Positions 38,501-50,369 of a DNA stretch of 64,000 bases are shown piece by piece. The position numbers and the translations under genes were made by a program. Numbering within the stretch: the first letter of the stretch is position 1; every line of letters starts with the position of its first letter. This DNA is from Torpedo marmorata (lineage: Eukaryota), in the NCBI GenBank assembly GCA_977017645.1, contig OZ360235.1:92628001-92692000 (forward strand). Direction: 5' to 3'. The notes beneath the pieces are model-generated. The model made no database searches. It saw nothing but the letters and a program-made list of their open reading frames with translations, and was not told the origin of the DNA.

Positions 38501-40010
38501 GAACATTTGTTGACCCCTCCTCCCCATGGAACATTTGTTGACCCCTCACCCCCATGGAACATTTGTTGACCTCTCCCTCCCCATGGAATATTTATTGACC
38601 CCCCCATGGAACTTTTGTTGACCCTCCCCCCCATGGAACATTTGTTGACCCCTCCCCCCCATGGAACATTTGTTGACCCCTCCCCCCAAGGAACACTTGT
38701 TGATCCCTCCCCCATGGAATATTTGTTGACCCCTCCCCCCATTGAACATTTGTTGACCCTCCCCCCCCATGGAACATTGGTTGACACAACCCCCCCCATG
38801 GAACATTGGTTGAGACCTCCCCCCCATGGAACATTGGTTGACACCTCCCCCCCCCATGGAACATTGGTTGACGCCCTCCCCCCCCATGGAACATTGGTTG
38901 ACATCTCCCCCCCATGGAACATTGATTGACGCCCTCCCCCTCCCCTTGGAACATTGGTTGAGACCTCCCCCCCATGGAACATTGGTTGACCCCTCCCCCC
39001 CCATGGAACATTGGTTGACGCCCTCCCCCCCCATGGAACATTGGTTGACATCTCCCCCCCATGGAACATTGATTGACCCAACCCCCCATGGAACAGTTAT
39101 TGACCCCTCCCCCCATGGAACATTTGTTGACCCTTCCCCCCCATGGAACATTTGTTGACCCTTCCCCCCCATGGAACATTTGTTGACCCCTCCCCCCATG
39201 GAACATTTGTTGACCCCTCCCCCCATGGAACATTTGTTGACCCTCCCCCCATGGAACATTTATTGACCCCCCATGGAACATTTGTTGACCCTCCCCACAG
39301 AATATTTGTTGACCCTCCCCCCCATGGAACATTTGTTGACCCTCCCCACCCCCATGGAATATTTATTGACCCCTCCCCCCATGGAACATTTGTTGACCCC
39401 TCCCCCCATGGAACTTTTGTTGACCCCTCCCCCCATGGAACATTTATTGACCCCCCATGGAATATTTGTTGACCCCTCCACCCATTGAACATTTGTTGAC
39501 CCTCCCCACCCCCATGAAATATTTATTGACCCCTCCCCCATGGAACATTTGTTGACCCCCTCCTCCCATGGAACATTTGTTGACCCCTCCCCCCATGGAA
39601 CATTTGTTGACCCTCCCCACCCCCATGGAACATTTGTTGACCCTCCCCCCCCATGGAACATTTGTTGACCCTCCCCCCATTGAACATTTGTTGACCCCTC
39701 CCCATGGAACATTTGTTGACCCTCCCCACCCCCATGGAAAATTTGTTGACCCTCCCCCCATGGAACATTTGTTGACCCTCCCCCCCATGGAACATTTGTT
39801 GACCCTCCCCCCCCATGGAACATTTGTTGACCCTCTCCCCCCATGGAACATTTGTTGACCCTCCCCCCCCATGGAACATTTGTTGACCCTCTCCCCCCAT
39901 GGAACATTTGTTGACCTTCCCCCGCCTCCCCATGGAACATTTGTTGACCCCTCCCCCCCATTTAACATTTGTTGACCCCTCCCCCATTGAACATTTGTTG
40001 ACCCCCCCCC
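14547..40010. repeat. Giant minisatellite, ~25.5 kb, unit ~24-30 bp, consensus CATGGAACATTTGTTGACCCCTCCCCC(C); roughly 900-950 units by length
   Basis: Uninterrupted tandem array, C-rich + strand and G-rich - strand; variant units (TTGGTTGACGCCCAC, TTTATTGAC, TTTGTTTAC) occur in blocks. Confidence 0.99.
22546..26535. repeat. Near-identical ~1.99-kb tandem duplication inside the array
   Basis: Identical or near-identical ORF translations offset by 1991-1993 bp (22634/24625, 23167/25159, 23367/25359, 24019/26012, 24183/26176). Confidence 0.92.
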
Positions 40011-40834
40011 TCCTTCCACTTCCATTCTCCAGGAAGTGTTATTGCATTTCCATTTTGTTTCCCATTCAGAGCGACAGGCTGTTGAAACCTGTGGCCCATC
40101 TGTACCAATCATCTGTGGGCAAGAAGCAAAAGTTTAAATGAAGATTAAAAAAACCCCAAACTGCCAGAGGAACATAATGGGTCGAGCAGCAACTGTGGAG
40201 GCAGAGGAATAGTCGACAGTTTGGGTCGAGACTGGAAATTGGATTCCTGGTGCAGGGTCTTGACCCGATGTGTCCCTGTGGTCTATGTACAAAAACTAAA
40301 TGCAGTCCAAATCCATCAACTGAGCCATTTTCTCAAAAGAATAACAAACAAGGCAGTGATTATTTTAACTCCCAGATGGGTTGAGAGTGGGAGGGGAAAG
40401 CCATTATGTAACATTTCAAGGTTCTAATTGTGACTATAATTATTAGATGCAAAACAATCAAATTAAAAGAGTTGTGCCATTATCGCAGCCCCAAACTGCC
40501 CAGCCCATTACCAAGACATTGGTGTCCACAACATGTAAAGCAAATTCTGCAAATTCCAGATTTCCACAGAGAAAAGGGGCTTGGCTCGGAAAAATCAGGA
40601 TGTCGATTTTTTTTTTCAGGGTCCACACTACCCAGGCCAGAAACTACTCCAGGACCACCAAAAGATCATTTTTCTTGCACTACTTACCACTGTGAATATT
40701 TATCCACTCCTTCATATTCATTACCTTTTTTTGTCTTGGCATATTGCAGTAATTCAATTTATACCAACCACAATAGTGTACCTTGTGGATCAGTTTAGCT
40801 ACAAGGAAGAATGCTTGTGCATCTACGCGTTAAT

Positions 40835-41530
40835 GATGGTGGTGCTACTGGAGCTGCTATAATGCCAGCGCTGCCGTTGGTGCAGACCCGCAGAGACTCA
40901 GTGCTCCCGCGGGGTCCAACCTCCCAGTCCGACTGCCATCAGCTCTGTGCAGGCTTTAACCAGCCTGTAAATGGAGCCGACAATGGTTTTTGAAAATCCC
41001 GCAACCGCGGGGTCTGGTGCCTTTAATCGGCAGCAACCACGAGGGGATGCAGACTCCAGGAAAGCAGAGGACTGGCGCAGGGCACCAGTAAACAGGGAGA
41101 CCACCCCCCCCCCCGTCTGAGAAGGAGAAGCAGAGGAGATGACCCACTAGTGACCACGACGGCAGACCGGTGAGGGGTTCTGCGACTGAAGAAACACACA
41201 GGCAGTGCGCTGTTGGCGACTCAAAGCGAGGAAACCGCGCAGGCTGCGGGCCGCTGGGATTCAAACCGGGCTGCGGACTGCTGAAGACTGGCTGAAGAGG
41301 TACTAGGTATTGGAACCGGGATGCGAGAGGGTGCCGAGGGCACTGAAGGTTTCCTGATTGTGTCGGAGATTCAGATCTGGAGTTTGGTCTGCTGATGGTT
41401 TGGACTGAAGTCTGTGTGGCTGCAGGAGCACTGTGATTCTGAGGGGTTTCTCCCGATGGCGAATCTGACTAAAGCAAATTCCGTGTAATAATGCACTGCG
41501 TTTATCACACGACAATAAAAGAACCTTGGC
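40835..41530 (+). mobile_element. Uninterrupted copy of the non-autonomous GC-rich Rex1-tailed element
   Basis: Collinear with reverse complement of 360-1030 plus 2276-2400; ends CACGACAATAAAAGAACCTTG. Confidence 0.75.
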
Positions 41531-41704
41531 ATTGTACTCATGTATATAAAAATAAACTCTCATCTCAGCTAAGAATTGGCAAAAGCCAAAGGGCTCCAGG
41601 ACCCTGAACAGCGCTCCCCCCTTGTTCAACACTGAGGGGTCATCTCAGGTCATGCTCGGACAGATCCGTTGGACAGGCCTTGCACGAGACTTCCGAAGAG
41701 ACGC

Positions 41705-42285
41705 TCAAAGTTCAGTTATTGTCAGAGGACATACATGACATCACATACACCCCAAAATCTTTTCCTGCAGGCCAGGCAGAATTACTACTTATCGTTGGTG
41801 CAAAAAACAAACTTCACTCAAGATACGTATACAAAAGAGAAATGTAAACAAGGCGGCAGTGTAAACAAACTGCAATACAGAAAATAAATATTCAGTAATA
41901 AATAATGTGCAAAGCAAGAGTCCTTAAATGAGCCTCTGATTGAGTCTGATGGTTGAGGGGTAGCAAACATTCCTGAACCTGGTGGTACGAGTCCTGTGGC
42001 ACCTGGACCACCTTCCTGATAGCAGCAGCGAGAACAGAGCATGCCCTGGGTGGTGTGGATCCTTGATTGCTGCTGCTCTCCAACGCCAGCATTCCATGTA
42101 GATTTTCTCGATGGTGGGGAGAGTTTTGCCTGTGATGAACTGGGCTGTGTCCACTGCATCTTGCAGGGCTTTCCGCTCAGAGGCATTGGTGCCCCCAGAC
42201 CATGCTGTGATGCAGCCGGTCAGCACACTTTCCACTACACATCTGTAGAAGTTTGCCAACATTTGCGATGTCATACCCCTTTCCT
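41705..42285 (-). mobile_element. Rex1/Babar LINE 3' fragment
   Basis: LANFYRCVVESVLTGCITAW, IKDPHHPGHALFSLL.SG; tail GACAATAACTGAAC. Confidence 0.9.
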
Positions 42286-42825
42286 GATGGCAGCAGTGAG
42301 ATCAGATGGTGTGGGAGGAGAAAATGGTTCAAAAGGTGCCCTCCAGGCCTCTGAATGAGTGGAACACCCCATCAGTGCACAGGAACCTGGCACTGTTGAT
42401 GTTACAGACCAGGAAGGAGTGGGGACACGGTCATTCAGAATGCCTCTGCAGGGTCCTACTGACCAGCAGTCCTGCAGATTAGGGCTGGTGTGGCTTTTTA
42501 CACTGATCTCCTCCAGGCTTGGAGGTGAATGGGCTCTGACGAAGTGTTGGATCAGGGCTGGGTTCACTACTGAACCACAGGCTGTGCAACTATGGAGGTC
42601 ACAAGAGCGCCGGAAACATCGGAGGTGTCAGGATCCAAGGACACCTGACGTCTCTGAGGGGACTCTCGTTTGCTTCTCGTTTTAAAAATGTTGGCAGATT
42701 AGTCGGAGACTCTGCCTGCCTTAAGAGGGCAACAAGGAGGAGATCTTTGTGTAGTTTATGTGCATAACCATCATGGATTCTTGAATCTTGGATCTGTGGC
42801 CCAAGGCAGGCACTAAGATACCCTT

Positions 42826-43070
42826 GGGCAGCACGGTTAGCGTAGCAGGTAGTGCAACGCTATAGCGCTAGCAACTGGGATTCGAATACGCCACTGTCTA
42901 AGGAGTTTGTATATTCTCCCTGTGTCCATGTGGGTTTTCTCCAGGTGTTCCGGTTTCTCCCACATTCCAAACATGTATGGGGTTAGTAGGTTAATTATTC
43001 TCATGGGTGCATTTCGATGGCTTGGCTTGTGGGTCGGAAGGGTCTGTTATCGTGCTGTATCTCACAATTA
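42826..43070 (+). mobile_element. HE1-like V-SINE
   Basis: GGGCAGCACGGTTAGCGTAGC head, GATTCGAAT B-box-like motif, V-domain. Confidence 0.8.
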
Positions 43071-43740
43071 AATGCAGAGAAGATTTACAAGGATGTTGCT
43101 GGGACTGGAGAACTTGAACATTATTTATTATTAAGTATTTATTTTACTGTGTTGCACACTTTGTTTCCATTTCTCTACTTTGTATATGCATCTTTTCTGG
43201 AGTCCAGTTTTTTGCACTACCAATAAGTAGACATTCTGTCTGGCCTGCAGGAAACAGAATTTCAGGGTTGTATGTACTCTGACAATAAATCTGAACTTTC
43301 AACTGAGTTCCAGGGAAAGGTTAAACAAGTTAGGACTTTATTCCCTGGAGCATCAGAGAAAGAGGGGAGATTTGATAGAGGTATACAAAATTATGAGGGG
43401 GATAGATAGAGTAAATGCAAGCAGGCTTTTTCCATTGAGCTTGGGTGAGACAAGAACTGGAGGACATGGGTTAAGGGTGAAAGGTGAAATGTTTAGCGGG
43501 AACATTAGGGGGAACTTCGTCATGCGTCACGTGGTGAGAGTGTGGAATGAACTGCCAGCTGTAATGGTGAATGTGGGCTAGATTTCAAAATTTGAGAAAA
43601 ATGTGAATGGGACAAGGAAGGGAGAGATATGGAAGACTATGGTTTGGGTGCAGGTCAATGGGACTATTCAGAATAATAGTTTGGCACAGAAGATGGGCAG
43701 AAGGGCTTGTTTCTGTGCTGTAGTGTTCGATGGTTCTAAT
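43071..43740 (+). mobile_element. CR1 3' fragment interrupted by a Rex1 3' tail (~43115-43300)
   Basis: QRRFTRML...; GDLIEVYKIMRGIDRV; insert ends GACAATAAATCTGAAC with a short AACT duplication. Confidence 0.75.
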
Positions 43741-44494
43741 TCCCGCTGGTGTAGCCGCAAGCCTTGGATGTACACTAGGGAGCAGGGGTGAGTGCAGCTC
43801 AGAGGACCATGGACACTGACCAGGTTTGAGAATCTCAAATCCATTCATTTGATGCCGCTACTAGCCCAGTGTTGACAGCAGAAGCAGCCGACCAAACCAT
43901 CAACCCTGGCCCGGGGTAGAGGACCAGAGGCAGCTGAAACTGTAGGCTCCTCTTAGACCCCAGACACGCCAGAACTCCGAGAATGTGCGGGATAAGTCAT
44001 CCATGAGCCCAAGGGAACGTTTGAGACTGGAGGGCTGGCAATACACACCCAGCAGGACACAGGAAAGGGTAGGGGAGCTGGCTGGATTCAACAACACAGA
44101 CACAATAAGCACAGGAGCCAAAATACGCAACCTCAAGAGATGCTCGAAATATGTAAACACTGCAACTTATCTCTAAGTTCCGAGATAGCAGGTTTTGAAG
44201 CGATCATGAGCCAATAATTATCACAAAGTAGAGATCTTTAAAAAGGCATCTATCTGCGCCTGAGATGGTGACAGAAAGTTGAAAGGAATCCAGGCAATGA
44301 TGGGGAAAAGAAATCTCATGCTTCATGTCTTTGATGTTAGTTCCGTGAAAGCCACTCATGGTGGGGCAGGGGGGGGGGGGTGTGATTTGGGAAGGTGGGG
44401 GGGGGCACAATTGGCCTTGGAATTTACCTACAACACCAGTCTCCCGGGCACAGTCATACAGTATCACCACCTTTTCTCAGCTGCAAGAAGAACA

Positions 44495-44690
44495 TCAATA
44501 AGATGAAATACAGAAACAAGCTGGAGAAACTCAGCAGGTCAGGCAGTGTGCATGGGTAGTAAAGGGTAACCAATGTTTCGTCAGGTATAGGTAAAAACAG
44601 GCAGGTACCTGAATAACAGGCACCGGGGGAACTGAGAGAAAGGATTTTGTGGAATGAGGTGTAGTCGAAGTACATGTGGGAGTTTGTAGG
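44495..44690 (-). mobile_element. Penelope terminal-repeat remnant
   Basis: GCTGGAGAAACTCAGCAGGTC; collapsed hammerhead core CTGACGAAACATT on minus strand. Confidence 0.65.
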
Positions 44691-45074
44691 TTTATAGGAA
44701 TTGAATTTGATCTAAGCCTCTGCAGACTTTCTTGTTTATGTCAGTAATTTGGAAGGGGTGCAGAGGAGATGCACGAGGGACTAGGGTGCTCGAGTTATTG
44801 GGAGAGGAGAGGTTGGTTGTGTCTTTACTTCCTAGAGGGGCTTGGATGCAGATAGGGTAGACGATTCTAGAATTAGAGTGCATAGGTTGTAGGGGAGAGA
44901 TTAAAGATGGACCCGAAGGGTAACCTTTCGCCGAGGGGCTCCATCGATGGTAGGAAACTGCCAGAGGAAGGTGAGTTGGGTCAGTGGGTTCAGTAGGTGG
45001 GAAACGTCAGGTACGAGGGACTGGGAGGGCGTTAGAATGCTACAAAAGCCCATGTCTCAGCGAGACGCCCACAA

Positions 45075-46185
45075 ACAGCATGGGCCATTCCTGCATCTCT
45101 GACCCTCTCCACACTCCATGGTCTACCAGTCAGCTGAGGGTCCAGCAAAATGTGTCCCACATCCTCCTTGCCAGGACCATCAACTCAGCCCTCACCCGCA
45201 TCTCCTCCATTTCCCGCTCATCTGCCCTGGCCCCCTCTGCCCCCAGATGCAACAAACACAGGATTCCCTTTGTCCTCACCTACCACCCCACCAGCCTCCA
45301 AATCCAACACATTATCCTCCATAATTTCCACCACCTCCAACATGATCCTACCACCAGACACATCGTCCCCTCTCCGCCTTTCATAGGGACTCCTCTCTCC
45401 GTGACTCCCTCGTCCACGCATCCCTTCTCATTAATCGCCCCCTTGGCACCTTCCCCTGCGGCCGCAAGAGGTGCCACATATGCGCCCACACCTCCTCTCT
45501 CACCACCATTCGGGGCCCCAAACAGTTCTTCCAAGTGAAGCAACATTTCACTTGTGTATCTGCAGGTGTCTTCCACTGCATCCGAAGCTCCAGTTGTGCC
45601 CTTCTCTACATTGGAGAGGCTGGGCGCAGACTGGGAGATCGCTTCGCTGAGCATCTCCACTCTATCCACATCAGTGACAGGGATCTCCCAGTGTCCAACC
45701 TTTTCAATTCTGCACCCCACTCCCATGCTGACATGTCTGTCCATGGCCTCATGTACTATCAAACCAAGACCACCCGTAAATTGGAGGAGCAACACCTAAT
45801 ATTCTCTCTGGCACTCTCCAACCGGATGGCATTAACATAGACTTCTCTGATTTCTGCTAGCCTTCTCCCCGTTCTCCCTCCCTTCCATTCCCTCTGTCTT
45901 TCCTCCAGCTCTCCACCCCTTACCTCTTTATTCACAGAGCCATCCCCCTCCCCCTGCTTGCTGGTGTGCCCTGCCTCCCTTATCCATCTTGAACCTCCTG
46001 CCTGTGGGACCGTGCTTCACTCCTGCCCTTCCCCCACCCCATCATTTTGTTCAGGCACTTGCCTACATTTTGTCATACCTTGATGAAGGCCTCAAGACCG
46101 AAACGTTTGTTATGTATCTTTATCTTTGGTAGATAAAGTACATTGTTTGACCTGTTGAGTTTCTCCAGCGTTGTGTTGTTACTTC
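45075..46185 (+). mobile_element. Penelope-like element 3' portion: RT C-terminus/linker, GIY-YIG endonuclease, terminal repeat
   Basis: RIPFVLTYHPTSLQIQHII; CIRSSSCALLYIGEAGRRLGDRFAEH; RKLEEQHLIF; hammerhead-like motif at 46074-46114. Confidence 0.9.
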
Positions 46186-46581
46186 AATCATGACTCATGA
46201 CAGAGTGAATGCCTGCTCCAGGGGAAGAGGTTTCCACAACCATTGGCAGCTTAGCCCAGCCCAGCCTGCTGTAACCCTCCCAATTGGGTGGGGGTTGCAG
46301 GGTACCATTGCCTCCATCTTCTGCCCATCTCCTCCCATGGTGGTCCCCGGCCACCTCGACCTGCCTGATGAAAGCTTCCCTGATTTGAGAGCAGTCTTCC
46401 TCATCTTTGCTCCTCCTTTCTACCACGCCTGTGTTGCTGACGCTCGGTGCCATGGGCCGTTGCCTTCAGGTTAATGGACAGAGTGGTCAGAAACTGCATC
46501 CCACGCAACCAGTCCCACCAGGCCTCTTGTAGTGGTTGCTCCGGGTTTAAACCACCCCCAGTATCCGATTGGAGTTCCAGT

Positions 46582-46800
46582 AAGCACGGTTAGCATAGGG
46601 GTTTTAGCACAATGCTATCACAGCGCCAGCGATCCGGGTTTATATCCACAGCTGTCAGAAAGGAGTTTGTACATTCTTCTCGTGACCACGTGGGTCTCCT
46701 CCAGGAGCTCCAGTTTCCTCCCATGTTCCAAAGATGTACGGGGTCAGCAAGTTAATTGGTCACATGGATGTATTTGGGCATCACAGGCTCATGGCCAAAG
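46582..46800 (+). mobile_element. HE1-like V-SINE
   Basis: GCACGGTTAGCATAG head; AAGGAGTTTGTACATTCT...GCTCCAGTTTCCTCCCA. Confidence 0.75.
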
Positions 46801-46994
46801 CAATTACACTTAAATCGTCACCAGAGAAAATGTTTACAGCAACAAGCGACCTGATAATCACAAGAACCATTTACACTGTTTTCACAATGTCGCTGAAAAC
46901 AGTAATTAGAGAAAATGTTCACATGCCCTCATTAGCACACAGCAGCAAGCAGAATTATTTATAGGGAATTAAGAACGCCAGCAAAAAATAGCAA

Positions 46995-47470
46995 AGGAAG
47001 TGTTCACATAATCAGCAGCACGAAGAACATAGCCAGGTCCATCACAGGCTCTGACCTCCATCCATTGAATGCATCTATGCAAGGCACTGCCGCAAGATGA
47101 CAGCCAATATCACAAAAGGACCAACCACCCTGGTCACAACCTGTTCTCACTGCTACCTTGGGCAGAAGGTACAGAAGCCTGAAGACCAGCACCTTCAGGT
47201 TCAAGAACAGTTTCTTTCCAGCAGCTATCAGGCTCTTGTACCTTCCCTTGTTAATCAGGGACTGCCCTGACACACAAAGGACCGCCTGCACTATTGCTGC
47301 CACTTTTGTTTGCACTAGGACTACTGTGAATATTTATTATCGATCTTATGCATTTATTGTCTATTTGTCAATCAATTGGTTTACTATTATAGCTATTCTT
47401 TACAAAGTACCTGTTCAGCTGTAGCAATTATGAATTCTGGTGCATATATACATTGTATAATGATTCTATT
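46995..47470 (+). mobile_element. Rex1/Babar 3' fragment
   Basis: GRRYRSLKTSTFRFKNSFFPAAIRLL and 3' UTR. Confidence 0.8.
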
Positions 47471-48087
47471 GTCATACACATTGTACAATGCTTTCAACAT
47501 CACTAATATGTACCAATGAGATGGGATGTTCGATGTCAGTACAGTTTGGAAATATTCACACTATAACTAGCAGTATTGGAACATAGCAACAAGTGAATAT
47601 TGTTAGTTCAACATCAAAAAGGCATGGCAACCAGTCAATACTTTCCAATTTTCAATGGACAAACAAACAGGTCAGATCCGAGCATGCAGAAGAAATCATC
47701 CTGGGGTTATCATCGCTGAAACATCAGAATCAGAGGAAAGAATCAGCGTTCAAGAGCAATTGGAGGAAATCTTTGTGTCTTCAATATCAGCAGTGCAGAG
47801 GGAGTAAGTATTCACAGGATAATTTATCAGCAATAAACAACGATGTTTATACTAGGTTTAACCCAAAGGGGACCTTCCCAATGTGTTCACAAACACCAGT
47901 GAAGACATTCATAGAGAATAGCATCACTAACACATTATTTACAGCATTACTCATACAGGGCACTTAATTGGAACTTGCAAATTTTAATTCAAATTGCGCC
48001 AGCTCTCGGCATCCATGCGAAATGGTTGCAGCATGTGCAGATCATCACTAAACTAATGGAACCTGTTGATGTCATTATAACTTTACC

Positions 48088-48310
48088 ACACAGTTAGCAT
48101 AGCGGTTAGCACAACACTGTTGCAGCACCAGCGACCCGGGTTCGAATCCGGTGCTATCTGTAAGGAGTTTGCACATTCTCCCCGTGTCTCCATGGGTTTC
48201 CTCCCACCCTTCAAAATGTACAGGGGATGTAGGTTAATTGGGGTATTTGAGCTGCATGGGCTCGTGGGCTGGAAGGGCCTGTTACCGTGCTGCATGTTGA
48301 AAAAAAATAC
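48088..48310 (+). mobile_element. HE1-like V-SINE
   Basis: GGGTTCGAATCC B-box, V-domain, A-rich end. Confidence 0.85.
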
Positions 48311-48544
48311 ATAGCACCAGAGGAACTGCTCATTCCAATTTGGCTTGCATATCCATTTCAGGAGGTAGTATTATACAGTTAATCCAACAGAAAACATGGC
48401 AAACTGGAGAAAACATCTGGACTGCAATCACTTGCACAGAGCAATCAGTGGAATCAACTATCTCGAGGCAATTAGGTGAACAGTTCCTCCTTTGTTTGCA
48501 TCTAACATATATTTTTGATATGGGGAAGTGTACACATTCAACGT

Positions 48545-49170
48545 GGACAAGACAAAGCAAATGATTGTGACTTCAGGAGGATGAAGGTCAAGCACTCTCC
48601 ACTACACCCCAATGGCTCAGTCATGGAGAGAGTGGAGAACAGAACGTTTCTTGATGTGCATACAAATAAAGGACAACGTATCCTGGACCCACAGCACCTC
48701 CACATTAATCAGAAAGGCGTAGCAGTGCCTACACTTCCTAAGGAGTAGGAGTAGGGCAAAGCTACCGGCCCCCATCTTGACAACATTTTACAGGAGCACA
48801 ATTGAGAGTGTCCTGTCTGGCTGCATCATTGTGTGGGACGGTAGCTACAAAGCATCGGCCCAGAAGTCAATACAGAGGGTCATCAAAATGACTGAGAATA
48901 TCACTAGGGTCTCCCTTTCCTCTATTGATGACATTTACCGGGAGCATTACTTAAATAGGGCTCAAAGAATGACTGAGTACCTTTTCCATCCAGCACACAG
49001 GATCTGTGACCCACTACTATCAAGGAGGTGATACAGAAGCATCAAAATTAGGACTGCCAGGAAATAGTTTCTTCCTGCAGGCTGTGAGATTGATGAACAG
49101 TATCCTGTAACCGAGTAAATAATTCCAAAATATTTATATTTATTTTAAATCATATCTTTATATGTGATAA
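48545..49170 (+). mobile_element. Degenerate Rex1/Babar fragment
   Basis: TTFYRSTIESVLSGCIIVW...QRVIK. Confidence 0.8.
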
Positions 49171-49589
49171 TTGTAAAGGGCAACCAAAATCTGTTCAGAG
49201 TTTAAGAAAGTCAGGTTTGCAATGCATGAAGACAATCGTGATTGGGATTAAACACTATGAAGTTCCTGGATTTAGTGGCCTATAACATGGGGATTCTGAG
49301 ACACGTCTCCAAAGCCACTGCCTCCATTGGTTTTAACTCTCAATGGCTGAGAAAATGCTCCTCTTGGATTGAGAGGCGTCATTCAGGAAAGTATGCAGAA
49401 AGGTAAAGGGGAGTGGGCACGAGATTGCCTGATGTTGTTGAAGAGGCTGTGGTACAGGGAACATAGAAAACTGAAATAGAGTTAAGAAGAATTAAAATGG
49501 AATGACTAATGTGTGAGAGCATTTTGAACCTCAGTCAGCTTGTGAAATAGTGAATTTACACAAGGAGTTCATTTAAAAATAGATTCTTT

Positions 49590-49800
49590 TTTTAGAGATA
49601 CACACAATAACAGGGCTTTCCGGCCCATGAGCCTGTGCCGCCCAAATACACCCATGTGACCAAATTAACCCAGTGCGTCTTTGGAACGTGGGAGGGAACT
49701 AGAGCCCTCTGAGGAAACCCACATGGACAACATAAACTCCTGACAGACAGCACCAGATTCTAACCCGGGTTGCTGGTGCTGCGATAGCAACGCTAACTGT
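49590..49800 (-). mobile_element. HE1-like V-SINE
   Basis: Minus-strand GGGTTAGAATC and V-domain remnant. Confidence 0.7.
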
Positions 49801-50369
49801 TCAATAAAGTGCCATCCCAGATTCTGACTGGGTGATATTTTAATATGGATCATGGAATGAATAAATTGAATTCCCAAAGCAGGCCATGATGCAACGAGCC
49901 AGTATACTTTCCACAGTGAAACCAAGCAGAGAATGGGAATAACAGTGCCATTTTAAGGGATGGCAGTATGTAATCACAGAGAGATTCTGGTCTCCTCCCC
50001 CAATCACCAGCCCAACCCTTCCCCCACAGACCCCTTCCCTACCTCTCTGTCACCTGCCCAAATTCCCACCCGAGCTTGGGCTGCTGTCTGCACGTGCACG
50101 ATTTCCCACGTTCCGGTCTCTGGCTTCTCACTAGCTCCTGATCCCATCATTCCGTCCGCCCAGAAGACCCCATTCCCCAGGCACACCCCACACTCACACC
50201 TACCCACCTTGCTCATGGCGCAGTCTCTAGCTTACACACAGATCTCTTCTGCATCCATAGACCTGAAGCAAGCCATCCTTAACCCCAGGTCATGCCCGAG
50301 GAGGAAACGACAAGTGTGGTCTGGATCTGGGTGGGATTTGTTCTCCGAGCTGACAGATTGGCGCTAACA

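Noticed and set aside
14632-39987. Dozens of long Gly-rich or Pro-rich ORFs (up to 932 aa) on both strands
   Set aside because: They are translations of the minisatellite, whose G-strand unit has no stop codons. All frames are open and C-run indels constantly shift frame, so there is no sign of coding constraint.
14547-40010. CRISPR-like array
   Set aside because: No unique spacers between repeats, no cas genes, vertebrate context.
46184-46474. GC-rich unique ORFs beside the Penelope end
   Set aside because: No recognisable domain, splice signals or repeat family; nothing supports a call.
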